A DNA stretch of 42,886 bases, taken from positions 1 through 42,886 of IMG/VR virus record IMGVR_UViG_3300033562_000103. One strand, written 5' to 3'. This DNA comes from a virus (taxonomy: Duplodnaviria > Caudoviricetes). Below, piece by piece: positions 26,426-35,316 of the stretch; positions within the stretch are counted from its first letter, which is position 1; every line of letters begins with the position of its first letter. The translations under genes were made by a program, and so were the position numbers. Below the pieces are notes generated by a model. It saw only the letters and a list, made by a program, of their open reading frames with translations, had not been told where the DNA came from and did no database searches.

Positions 26426-27043
26426 CTAACATTCATGTATTTTTTTATGACATTCGCTACACAAACAACACACATCGTTAAAAGTTTCTCTACCTCTATT
26501 TTTATAAGTTTTGTGATGAATTATCAACAATTTAACACTTCCGCAAAGTTGGCAACAATTATTAAAATGTATCAAACATTCGTTTCTAAAATGTTTCCAA
26601 TGATCTGTATCTAAGTAATATTCATATTTCATGGATTTCATTTCATTAATAAAACTTTCATAGCCGATAATTGATATTACTTTTTCATTTGAATTATTAA
26701 CGTCTTTCGTCTTTACTGTCTCTTGTAAATAAATATCAAACTTTTCACCAAATAATGTAATCGGTCTTATATATACTTCAAACTTAGTATTACTCCATTG
26801 AATTATTTTATTATCTATAACTCCTTTAAAATCTTCTACAGTATATCCTTCTTTTAATCTTCTTATTGCCTTGGAGTAATTAGTTCTTGTTTTATAATTT
26901 GATTTTTTATTTGCTTTTTCGTTAAAATAATCAAATATCTCTACTAACTCTTTTTCATACTCGCTGAATGACGTTTCATGTTTATCTGACATATAATTAA
27001 TCTTATTAAGAGTAGTATCTTTATTTCTTTCCATTTTATCCAT
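26426..27043 (-). CDS. Fusion of conserved phage C-terminal domain (Phg_2220_C-like) and HNH nuclease
   Basis: RLKEGYTVEDFKGVIDNK...W...YIRPITLFGEKFDIYL, then YLDTDHW...CQLC...HHKTY...LCSECHKKIH. Confidence 0.8.
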   Translation of the reverse strand: MDKMERNKDTTLNKINYMSDKHETSFSEYEKELVEIFDYFNEKANKKSNYKTRTNYSKAIRRLKEGYTVEDFKGVIDNKIIQWSNTKFEVYIRPITLFGEKFDIYLQETVKTKDVNNSNEKVISIIGYESFINEMKSMKYEYYLDTDHWKHFRNECLIHFNNCCQLCGSVKLLIIHHKTYKNRGRETFNDVCCLCSECHKKIHEC

Positions 27044-27788
27044 TGCTATTCTCCTTATTTTTGCTAACATTTATTAAAATATTATCCCCAACCCTAGAAG
27101 TATTAATATCAATGCTTATTTCCTTATTTACAGTTATTTCATTAGCCGGCTTGTTAACAAACCTAGTAATAAAATTATAATCGTCAATCTGCGATTCATC
27201 CCCCAATATACTTCTGATATTTTCAACCGATATTTGTATCGACCCTTTATTCCCTCTTAACAATGTTATTGCATATAGGTACAAATTTATTTGGTACTTG
27301 TTTTCCACATGCAGCATGTCAGTGAAAATAATATTTGCGTATGGTAAATTTCTAATAGCAATAAACAAATCAATAACCTTGCTATTAAAATCAACCATTA
27401 CTTTTCTATTGTAGTTATCAAATATTATTTCGTCATAAATAAACATTGTCCTATCCTCCGACACTCCATCTTCTTCCACGTAAATATTAAATGTAGAATT
27501 TTCCTTGATTGACTTCTTTAAATTATTTGTAGTTCTTTTTTCTATCCTATCAACTCCTAATAACGTTTTAAGTTCTTCATAATCAATATTAATTGATAAT
27601 GGTACAAACATTTCTACCTGTTCGGCATCTTCATTGCTAATTTCCTTTTCTTTCAGTATTGATTGAATTTTCATATCTAGTTTTCCATAGCTGTAATAAA
27701 AGAACTTGTTGCCATTCAATGATAAGTCTCTGTACTGTTGCATTATCTGTTTAACCATTCGCAAATTGTTTACTGTTAATTCTTTCAT
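27036..27788 (-). CDS. Plasmid-type replication initiator (Rep_3/RepB family)
   Basis: Tandem winged-helix pattern LSL..K...ELKTLLG...V.F...Y...KY..LY...I.VE.IR.ILG...Y.NF..R...P..EI; iterons immediately upstream. Confidence 0.78.
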   Translation of the reverse strand: MKELTVNNLRMVKQIMQQYRDLSLNGNKFFYYSYGKLDMKIQSILKEKEISNEDAEQVEMFVPLSINIDYEELKTLLGVDRIEKRTTNNLKKSIKENSTFNIYVEEDGVSEDRTMFIYDEIIFDNYNRKVMVDFNSKVIDLFIAIRNLPYANIIFTDMLHVENKYQINLYLYAITLLRGNKGSIQISVENIRSILGDESQIDDYNFITRFVNKPANEITVNKEISIDINTSRVGDNILINVSKNKENSNG

Positions 27789-27811
27789 ATAACACCTTCC
27801 TTACATTTATA

Positions 27812-27840
27812 ATTATATCATAACAGTTATATAAATACAA
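27812..27840 (-). promoter_or_regulatory. rep promoter with overlapping iteron half-site palindrome
   Basis: TTGTAT-17 bp-TATAAT with extended TATG; ATAAC-A-GTTAT in the spacer (27820-27830). Confidence 0.68.
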
Positions 27841-27899
27841 TAGTTATATTAATATTAAATAAAAATATAATACGCCCTTTAGGGTGTTATTATTAATAA

Positions 27900-27945
27900 T
27901 TATTATAAGAGTTATTATAAGAGTTATTATAAGAGTTATTATAGG
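27900..27945. repeat. AT-rich 12-bp tandem repeats (putative unwinding element)
   Basis: TTATTATAAGAG x3 plus a partial fourth copy. Confidence 0.85.
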
Positions 27946-27987
27946 GAATCCGCTAGACCATGTGTTTAAAGGGTTTACAGCACGTTG

Positions 27988-28071
27988 GTATAACAGTTAT
28001 TCACACTTATATAACAGAAAATCACACTTGTATAACACTTTTTCACAGTAATATAACAGAAAATCACAAAC
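27988..28071. repeat. Four tandem 21-bp iterons (putative plasmid origin)
   Basis: GTATAACAGTTATTCACACTT / ATATAACAGAAAATCACACTT / GTATAACACTTTTTCACAGTA / ATATAACAGAAAATCACAAAC; DnaA-box-like TTATTCACA at 27997-28005. Confidence 0.82.
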
Positions 28072-28113
28072 TAACAAAAAGTTAACACATGTTTAACAAG
28101 TGTTTTAACAAAC

Positions 28114-28146
28114 AAAAAGCACCATACAATTAAGTACAGTGCTTTT
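28114..28146 (-). terminator. Intrinsic terminator insulating the origin from the fibre operon
   Basis: AAAAGCAC..TAC-ttaatt-GTA..GTGCTTTTT hairpin. Confidence 0.65.
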
Positions 28147-28163
28147 AATATTAAACTAATCTA

Positions 28164-29156
28164 TTACAAATTTACTCGTTGTACCAAAATTCTAAGATTA
28201 TTAGTAGCAGGAGCAGGGAACGCACCTACGCTAATTGCATTTACAGTTGTTCTTGCAACGTTGCAAGTAACACATTCGCCTGTATCTACCTTATAAATGT
28301 TAACCATAACATCTTTAGAATTTAAACCGTGTGTAATTGTAAAACTTGTAGCAGTGCCATCGCCAACTGATTGAGCAAATCCAGTATTTAACTTTGCTAC
28401 TACATCTGATGCAAGTTTTGCTTCGCCCACACCACCATCTTTGATCTCTAGTCCGTCTGTACCAATTGTCATTGACACATCATCTACATCTGCGCTGATT
28501 GCGTGAGTAGTGCTATTGTAAGCAACACCGTTTGAAGCTGTTATTTGACCCAATACGGCAGGTGTTACTACTGTTTGATTAACAGTTAATTGACCGCCAA
28601 CAATAGCAAGAGAAGAATCGTGGTCTACATCAATATCACCTGTTGTGCTATCGTAAGCAATACCATCACCACCGCTTAACGCTTCACGAATTACAGAAGT
28701 TGAAACTGTGGAGGTTAATGCGGTAAAGTCATTAGCGTTTGCAGCAGTGCCACCGTTGTGAATCCAAGTTCTTTGACCTTGATCGGTGGCTGTTGTAAGG
28801 ATAATTACATCGCCTTCGTGATATTCATTGCCCACTGTGTAACTAGCTGCAATGAAAGTTGCAAGTGTAGAATGGGTTGTATCAACGTGTACCTCTGTAA
28901 TAGCTACATTAGAAAAATGCAATTCTCCGTTAACAATTGATAGGAATGAACTGGAATCAGTTGCAATAGTTAATGGTGCTACTCCGACTTCATCCCATGC
29001 ACTACCGCTGTAAACATAAACCATATTAGTTGTTGTATTGTAGTAAATTTGTCCTTCTACTGGGCTTAGTGGATCAGTAGCGGAAGGATGAATTACTGCA
29101 TTTTTAAGGTTGTTGTGTTGAAGATCAATACCTGTGTAATATAATTTTTCTGACAT
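28164..29156 (-). CDS. Fibre/whisker-like virion protein
   Basis: IDLQHNNLKNAVIH...PVEGQIYYNT N-terminus, G-x-G-I repeats, C-terminal GDG.ATSFTITHGLNSKDV. Confidence 0.65.
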   Translation of the reverse strand: MSEKLYYTGIDLQHNNLKNAVIHPSATDPLSPVEGQIYYNTTTNMVYVYSGSAWDEVGVAPLTIATDSSSFLSIVNGELHFSNVAITEVHVDTTHSTLATFIAASYTVGNEYHEGDVIILTTATDQGQRTWIHNGGTAANANDFTALTSTVSTSVIREALSGGDGIAYDSTTGDIDVDHDSSLAIVGGQLTVNQTVVTPAVLGQITASNGVAYNSTTHAISADVDDVSMTIGTDGLEIKDGGVGEAKLASDVVAKLNTGFAQSVGDGTATSFTITHGLNSKDVMVNIYKVDTGECVTCNVARTTVNAISVGAFPAPATNNLRILVQRVNL

Positions 29157-29265
29157 AATTAAAGCACTTCCTTTTATTTTAATTTATTTAATAAATATTT
29201 AATGGTTATTGATAAAACCTTAATTCAATCAATCGCACCACACTCCTTAACTTAATGAATTTTAT

Positions 29266-29826
29266 TTAAAGCAACAACACATAACCACTAATTGGGCTAT
29301 TAGAATGTATTTTTACTTTTTTAATAATTTGTACACCTTCCGAATTAAGAGTTAACTCTTTTTGTATTTTAACAGTGTTTGTAGCATCATCATAAAGTAA
29401 AACATCTTCATTTTGAGATATTAGAACATTTACAGATATTGAAATTATTTCTTTTCTTCCGTATTGTATTTCAATATCCGTTTGGTTGGTAAATGTTTTC
29501 TTTATACTTGCCATTTCCATTGCTATTAAAAATTTAGTTCGTAAATCTTCATCTTCAAGGTTGTTTATTCTTGCCGTGTTATCCAATATTATTTCTTTAT
29601 CGTTTGTGGCGTTGTTAATTATGTTTTGAATACTAATACCTTGGTCTGTGTTGGTTAACTCAATGGCGGTTATGTTATGCTCGTTTAAAAGCACTTTGGC
29701 GTTTAATGAATCTTGCACATCTTTAGAAACGGTAAGAGTTGCATTATCCTTATTGACGTATAGTGAGTAAAACTTCCCTTCTTCTAAAGACTCGCTGTCA
29801 AAACTAGGTATTTCCCAATTTGGCAT
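29266..29826 (-). CDS. Hypothetical structural protein (short coiled coil plus beta domain)
   Basis: NTARINNLE coiled coil; lies in the fibre operon. Confidence 0.55.
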   Translation of the reverse strand: MPNWEIPSFDSESLEEGKFYSLYVNKDNATLTVSKDVQDSLNAKVLLNEHNITAIELTNTDQGISIQNIINNATNDKEIILDNTARINNLEDEDLRTKFLIAMEMASIKKTFTNQTDIEIQYGRKEIISISVNVLISQNEDVLLYDDATNTVKIQKELTLNSEGVQIIKKVKIHSNSPISGYVLLL

Positions 29827-29839
29827 TTATCACCCCCTC

Positions 29840-32800
29840 CTATACCCTTTGTTTAGCTGTAAGCACTGGCTTACCTAGTCTGTAATCTAATTCTATATAA
29901 CATTTGTTTGCAATTGCATCCGCTGTAACTACTATTTCACTATCAATAAGCGCAATCTTATCTAGTATGCTTTGTTCCTCGGGTGTGATCACATCTCTTA
30001 TAGAAACAACACCGTCAGTAATTGTAAAATCATTTAAATTTAGATCACCTCTAGTTATATGATGGACAATATTCTCCGGTAAATCGTCTATTTTTTGCGA
30101 CTCTATGTGACCATCGGCAGCAGTTTTAATTTCCCATACTGCGCCTAATTCATCTTCTGTATAAAGAATGCCAATTGGTGTGTCAGATGATGTGCCTGTT
30201 ACGCTTTCGGTGTATTCAACATCAACAATAATTGGTCTGTCTCCACCATGCGACATAGCTACATAAACATCATCTGCACTACTGCAAGTTCCCATTGCTA
30301 CTAATATAGTACCTGCTACTACGTCATACGTGAATGTTGGTGTAGTAACTTGTATAACTGTCGGATATTCAACGTCTATACTATGTGTAGCTTCGGATTG
30401 TGTAATTTTAGATAGATTATATCCACCGCTTCCATTGTCAGTTGCCACCGCAAAATATACTTTAGCGGTATGACTTGGATGAACAAAGTGTGATTTAGGT
30501 CTTGTCAATGTCCATGTAGAATCTATCTTAGCTTTTCCTGCACTTGCAAATTCCATAACGTGGTAGTTTAATCCATTTATTTTTATAAGTTTTACGGCTG
30601 CATCTCCATAAACACGTTTGCTGATAGGAATTTGCGTAGGGTTTGTTCCTAAAGCAAGTCCTTGTATTTTATCTGTAGATGTGGTTGGTGGAAAGTCCCA
30701 AGTGTATTGACCGTGTTTAACAGAATTGAATAAATATGAATCTCCAAGTCTAACTATAGGCTTTAACATTGGCGCAACATCAGTAACTTTTGGAGTGAAA
30801 TTCAATCCTTGAACATGAATTTTCATTGCATTAGCTACAGCGTGAGGAACAACTAACACACCAAAGTTTACAGCGTTTTGAGGAACTGCAAAGTCTACAC
30901 TTATTGTGCGTGGGTTAAAATCTGACATATCCATTTGTATAAAATGAGCGTTTGCATTGTCGAATGTCCATCCATTATCTGTTGGTACTGGGATAAAGTT
31001 ATCTGGTATAGAACCAACAATTCCTTTTGGTATTTCATTCGCAATACCAGTCCAAGTAATAGGAATAATGTCTAAAGCTGACATTACATCTTTTAAAGTA
31101 AGATTTACTGTAAGTATTAAATTATCATTTTTAAACACTTGCGTTAACTCTGTGTTGAGCATTAATGAAATATAAGCGTAGGATGGTGTGCTATCGTCTT
31201 TAGACGTAATATTTAATCCTGTAGATGCCATTTCAAAGAACGCTTCTTTATCTGCTGTACCTATTTCACAAAAACCTTGTCTATTAAATACTCCTGTAAT
31301 ACCAGTTTTAGGAATAACACCATTTAATTCCAAAGAATATCCTGCTAAAGGTTGCCCTGCTGTTAATTCAAATATTTCAAATGGTAGAATAACATTATAT
31401 TGACCTCTTACCTCATCTAATGCTACTCCTGTCTTGTAGTCTTGACTAACAAACTGCATCATTATACAAGATCCACCGTCTACATCATCAGAAACTTTTA
31501 AATCGTAATCTTGACCAAAACTGTGTTTGATGTAAATTTCAACATTTTTAACGGTAAAATCTACCTCGAAAACTGAAAAGAAGTCTAAATAATACAGCTT
31601 TTCATTGGCAAGATATGATCTTGTTCGACTAATAGTTTCGCCATAACTACCTAATATCGTTGCTTTTGTCGTTACATCTCTAAGTCCTATTTCAATAAAT
31701 CCTTCCCTTGGTGCAAAACCTTGAAAAGCCATTCTTCCGTAAGATACAAGAGGAACTTTAGGAAAACCAGTATATATCCCTACAGGTCTTTTTATTTGTA
31801 TTTCATCACCAGTTAATGCTAAATCATTACCCTCATACACCTCTTTAGTAAAATGCTCAATGTCTGCGTGATAAGATGTTCCGTCAAAGTCTTTAAGATA
31901 AGTTATTGCTCTACCTTTTAAAAATATTCCTTCCGGCTTTCTAAAATCAAATACATCATCTACAGATAGTTCACCACGTTGTTCTGGATCATTGAACGTA
32001 AATCTTAATGGGTATTCTACTTCTAAACTATTAATTAACTTTTCTTGACCACCATTCTGCATCATTGCTATTTGCGTTGTAATTTCAGCCGTATTTGCAT
32101 CTCCAGCGGCTATGTCTACTATACCTTTCATAAATTTAATCTTTTTAATTTTGTTTATAGTGTCGTTTGTGCCTTGTACTGAAATATGAGGCACTACTGT
32201 AACTTTGTTAAGTTCTGATGGTTGTTGTGTAACATCTGCATTAATAAAGTCTATATCAGTTATATTTTGGAAAGTTTGTATATCGTTTCCTATAGACAAT
32301 GTAGGAGGTGTAACAGGAACATTACTAAATAAATCAAAAGTAATATTAGCGTTTGAGATCACTTCTACTGTTTTTGATATATAGTACACAAACACAGTAC
32401 CACCTTCGGTACGTTCCATTCTGTTGAATACGCCAGTTGCTCCATTTAGCTTTACACCTGTTATTAATAAGTCATATATTTTGGATATTTTTACAATAAC
32501 ATATGCTGGTGGTCGCAACACCTCAATTATCTCGCCATTACCAGATAATCTCATGTAACTAAATATCCAGCTTTTGTCGCTTTCTTCCGGTATTGCTCCG
32601 CTATTTGAAGTGCCATATGCTATCCAATCTCTAACAAATCTGTTCTGTTCTAACTCGTAAAAAGTATGCAATTTAGTTGCAAATTCTGAATTTATTTCAG
32701 CAAACGTATGAAGTTTAGTTGCAAATTGTGTTGCTATTTCATCATAAGTTAATCCACCATTATCAACTGTTCCTATAAACTCAAATTTTATATTTATTCC

Positions 32801-34348
32801 AACTGCTACATTAAATGTTCCTTTAGTTATATAAACAATTTCTCTCATATTTCCAAGTAAATAATCGTACTTTTCTACAGGTGCAACTACATTATTAATT
32901 AATAAATTTTCAATTACTTTTTCCGCAATATATGGCAATGTTACAATAATGTGTTGTGGTGTTGTGATTAATGTGTTTGTATAAGAGAGATCTTTACCTA
33001 AAAGGTTTCTTGCGATTACCCACCCATTATTTAATGGAAGCGTATTGTTGACAGATAAACCATAAGCAAACGTCATTTGCTCAAATCCGCTTTGCATTAA
33101 TTCATCGTAACTGTGTAACTTACCTACTAGCTGTGATTCTATCGCATTTACAGTTGTTTTTGTAGCAAGCTGGTCTAAAACCTTAGAATCAGTTACTTTT
33201 TCAGCTAATTTGTCTAAGTCCACACTTGCCATATCTTGTTGTAACAGTCCTGCATCTTCGCCTTTTCTTAGCATATTAGTATTAGATACATCACTTAAAT
33301 CTACATTAGCTTTACTTGATATATCAACACCTGCTGGCAAATTTTTAATTGCTGATGCATCTATTCGCTCGTTTCCTACTAAACCATTTAATGCTGTTGC
33401 TATTACTGACGCAGCGGGAACTTCTGGCTTTACTATAAATTCCAAACCGCTACTATCTGATTTAACTGCCACAACTCTATTCGCTGCCCCTGTGTAATTG
33501 CTTGGTGTGTCTGTTAATGCGGTAAATGTTGAAGATCCGCCTGTTCCTTCACCGACTAAAGCAATTCCTTTGCTATTTATTTTTTGACGATCTACAGCTA
33601 AATATGGTACTCCTGCAAGACCTTTAATAGTAACAGGTGTTTTGATGTTGAATCTTAAATGGTAAACAGTTAATGCCGATAAGGGAAGTTTACCTAACAA
33701 AACATCTTGCACTCCACTTTGTAAGTTTAATCCACCTGTTCCGTTTTTCCAAGCAACTTCATTTGGAATGTATTTAATCGGTAAGTTTGTATCTAATGAA
33801 ACGACTTCAATTATTAAATTAGTTACAGGATTTGTGAAATTGAAATATAAAGCATTTACTTGACTGTCAGTAGTTGGTATATGATCAAAGGTGCTAATTG
33901 TAATATCTTGCGAATTATCTGCATGAATTACAACATTCTTTTCTTCTGCAAGTCTTTCCCAGTATACTGGTCTTGTAGTTCCTTGCTTTGAAATCTCATA
34001 ATCAACAAATATATAATCCTTATTTAATGTATTTGAATGATATTGAGTCCAACCACCATTTTCTGATATTGTAATTGCAGGGCCTACATCAATACTAGCA
34101 GCAGGAAACCTTCCGTCTTTAGGAAAGAATATTTTATCTTGCTCGTTGATAATTCCAGTTCCTTCAAGTCCGCCATTTGACTTCTTGGCGAGTATCTCTC
34201 CAACTCCTGCACTTGCAATTCCTGAATCAATCTTATCCACGCTAGAAAGAGCAACGTTGATCTCTGTTGCGCTTTTATTGATAGAGTTAGACTTTCCTAT
34301 GGCTTGGTCTATTTGCGGTCCTGTAAATTGAGATATATAATCTGCCAT
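29840..34348 (-). CDS. Very large (1502 aa) fibre/adhesin-like virion protein
   Basis: N-terminal YISQFTGPQIDQAI, fibre-type FTALTDTPSNYTG repeat, KANVDLSDV, internal duplicated KLH(S/T)..E...AYG units, beta-rich domains. Confidence 0.6.
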   Translation of the reverse strand: MADYISQFTGPQIDQAIGKSNSINKSATEINVALSSVDKIDSGIASAGVGEILAKKSNGGLEGTGIINEQDKIFFPKDGRFPAASIDVGPAITISENGGWTQYHSNTLNKDYIFVDYEISKQGTTRPVYWERLAEEKNVVIHADNSQDITISTFDHIPTTDSQVNALYFNFTNPVTNLIIEVVSLDTNLPIKYIPNEVAWKNGTGGLNLQSGVQDVLLGKLPLSALTVYHLRFNIKTPVTIKGLAGVPYLAVDRQKINSKGIALVGEGTGGSSTFTALTDTPSNYTGAANRVVAVKSDSSGLEFIVKPEVPAASVIATALNGLVGNERIDASAIKNLPAGVDISSKANVDLSDVSNTNMLRKGEDAGLLQQDMASVDLDKLAEKVTDSKVLDQLATKTTVNAIESQLVGKLHSYDELMQSGFEQMTFAYGLSVNNTLPLNNGWVIARNLLGKDLSYTNTLITTPQHIIVTLPYIAEKVIENLLINNVVAPVEKYDYLLGNMREIVYITKGTFNVAVGINIKFEFIGTVDNGGLTYDEIATQFATKLHTFAEINSEFATKLHTFYELEQNRFVRDWIAYGTSNSGAIPEESDKSWIFSYMRLSGNGEIIEVLRPPAYVIVKISKIYDLLITGVKLNGATGVFNRMERTEGGTVFVYYISKTVEVISNANITFDLFSNVPVTPPTLSIGNDIQTFQNITDIDFINADVTQQPSELNKVTVVPHISVQGTNDTINKIKKIKFMKGIVDIAAGDANTAEITTQIAMMQNGGQEKLINSLEVEYPLRFTFNDPEQRGELSVDDVFDFRKPEGIFLKGRAITYLKDFDGTSYHADIEHFTKEVYEGNDLALTGDEIQIKRPVGIYTGFPKVPLVSYGRMAFQGFAPREGFIEIGLRDVTTKATILGSYGETISRTRSYLANEKLYYLDFFSVFEVDFTVKNVEIYIKHSFGQDYDLKVSDDVDGGSCIMMQFVSQDYKTGVALDEVRGQYNVILPFEIFELTAGQPLAGYSLELNGVIPKTGITGVFNRQGFCEIGTADKEAFFEMASTGLNITSKDDSTPSYAYISLMLNTELTQVFKNDNLILTVNLTLKDVMSALDIIPITWTGIANEIPKGIVGSIPDNFIPVPTDNGWTFDNANAHFIQMDMSDFNPRTISVDFAVPQNAVNFGVLVVPHAVANAMKIHVQGLNFTPKVTDVAPMLKPIVRLGDSYLFNSVKHGQYTWDFPPTTSTDKIQGLALGTNPTQIPISKRVYGDAAVKLIKINGLNYHVMEFASAGKAKIDSTWTLTRPKSHFVHPSHTAKVYFAVATDNGSGGYNLSKITQSEATHSIDVEYPTVIQVTTPTFTYDVVAGTILVAMGTCSSADDVYVAMSHGGDRPIIVDVEYTESVTGTSSDTPIGILYTEDELGAVWEIKTAADGHIESQKIDDLPENIVHHITRGDLNLNDFTITDGVVSIRDVITPEEQSILDKIALIDSEIVVTADAIANKCYIELDYRLGKPVLTAKQRV

Positions 34349-34377
34349 TGTTTTACCTCCCCTCTAGTTTTATATAT

Positions 34378-34468
34378 AAAAAAAAGCAACGCGAAAAGTT
34401 TTTATACTCTCCGTGTTGCCTTTTTGTTAGTTGCAGTAGCTACTTGCAACGATATTGTTTTAATATCC
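34378..34468 (-). promoter_or_regulatory. Structured 5' leader ending in an intrinsic terminator before the 1502-aa gene
   Basis: Three hairpins: GATATT/AATATC, GTTGCA/TGCAAC, GGCAAC...GTTGCT plus T8. Confidence 0.55.
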
Positions 34469-34475
34469 TAGCTAA

Positions 34476-34504
34476 ATTATACAACTTTAAATATTATTAA
34501 TCAA
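34476..34504 (-). promoter_or_regulatory. SigA-type promoter upstream of the fibre operon leader
   Basis: TTGATT-17 bp-TATAAT. Confidence 0.6.
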
Positions 34505-34679
34505 TATTTTTTATAAAATATCTTCTGTAAACCTTATATCTCCCAACAACGTTTCCTGTCTTGTGTGAATTATTTTTTATATATTTTTCTGCATCTTCTT
34601 TAGTTTCAAAAAATTTATGATCAAATAAACCGTCAGGATAATTATCAAAAGTTTGTTGTCCAATTACTTCAAATTTCAT
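34497..34679 (-). CDS. Hypothetical protein
   Basis: 60-aa ORF with GGAGG RBS. Confidence 0.6.
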   Translation of the reverse strand: MKFEVIGQQTFDNYPDGLFDHKFFETKEDAEKYIKNNSHKTGNVVGRYKVYRRYFIKNID

Positions 34680-34732
34680 TATTTTAATTCCTCCATATAA
34701 ATTTAATTCTATTTTTGCGGTTTGGCAAGTGG

Positions 34733-34924
34733 TTATTTTAGTAACTCTTTTAATTGTTTTTCCATAACATAAACTATTCCTGTTTGTTTTTCTTTATTAT
34801 CTTCGCTAAATTGAACAATAAATATTCTTCCGCTTTCAAATTTTTTATAAATTGTATCAACACATTCATCGTTATAATTATTTAATTGCTTGTATCCCAT
34901 ATTAATAAATTCTTTCTTTTTCAT
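34733..34924 (-). CDS. Hypothetical protein
   Basis: 63-aa ORF with AAGGAG RBS. Confidence 0.6.
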   Translation of the reverse strand: MKKKEFINMGYKQLNNYNDECVDTIYKKFESGRIFIVQFSEDNKEKQTGIVYVMEKQLKELLK

Positions 34925-34929
34925 TTTTT

Positions 34930-35124
34930 TTACTCCTTTACACTAAATTTAACACCATTTACAACTTTAAATTCTGAAATTACTTTTTCGATTGTAATTT
35001 TACCGTCTTTAATTTGAGTATGTACTCTGTCGCCTGCTTTCCATCCTAGTTCTTTACATTCTGCTGATAACCTAATTGATGGTGATGACCCCCAAATATT
35101 AATTACTTTGCTAATAATAACCAT
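34930..35124 (-). CDS. AbrB/MazE-type swapped-hairpin DNA-binding protein
   Basis: KV..WGSS..IRL......LG...GD.V....DGKITI. Confidence 0.82.
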   Translation of the reverse strand: MVIISKVINIWGSSPSIRLSAECKELGWKAGDRVHTQIKDGKITIEKVISEFKVVNGVKFSVKE

Positions 35125-35147
35125 CTCCTTAACATTTTATATTTATA

Positions 35148-35175
35148 ATTATATACTATTGCACGATATTGTCAA
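35148..35175 (-). promoter_or_regulatory. SigA-type promoter of the AbrB island
   Basis: TTGACA-16 bp-TATAAT. Confidence 0.65.
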
Positions 35176-35180
35176 TGGCT

Positions 35181-35300
35181 AAAAAATAAAGAGCAGTTGC
35201 TACCCTGCTCCGTTTCTCCGTTATATAATTAGTGGCTAGTTGATAGACGGAGGGCTATCATTCATCTTGTTAGCTAAACAAAACTATCTAGCCACTCCGT
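35181..35300 (-). ncRNA. Candidate structured non-coding RNA with terminator
   Basis: Extended -10 (35302-35312); closing stem AGTGGCTAG/CTAGCCACT enclosing two hairpins; terminator GAGCAG/CTGCTC plus T-tract. Confidence 0.55.
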
Positions 35301-35316
35301 AATTATATCATACTAT

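Noticed and set aside
27900-28071. CRISPR mini-array
   Set aside because: The repeats are contiguous 12-mers and 21-mers without unique spacers, and no cas genes are present; they fit iterons and an unwinding element.
35208-35300. CsrB/RsmZ-like sponge RNA (ANGGA repeats)
   Set aside because: Only three ACGGA sites, not displayed in hairpin loops; the loop carries their complement, which better fits antisense pairing.
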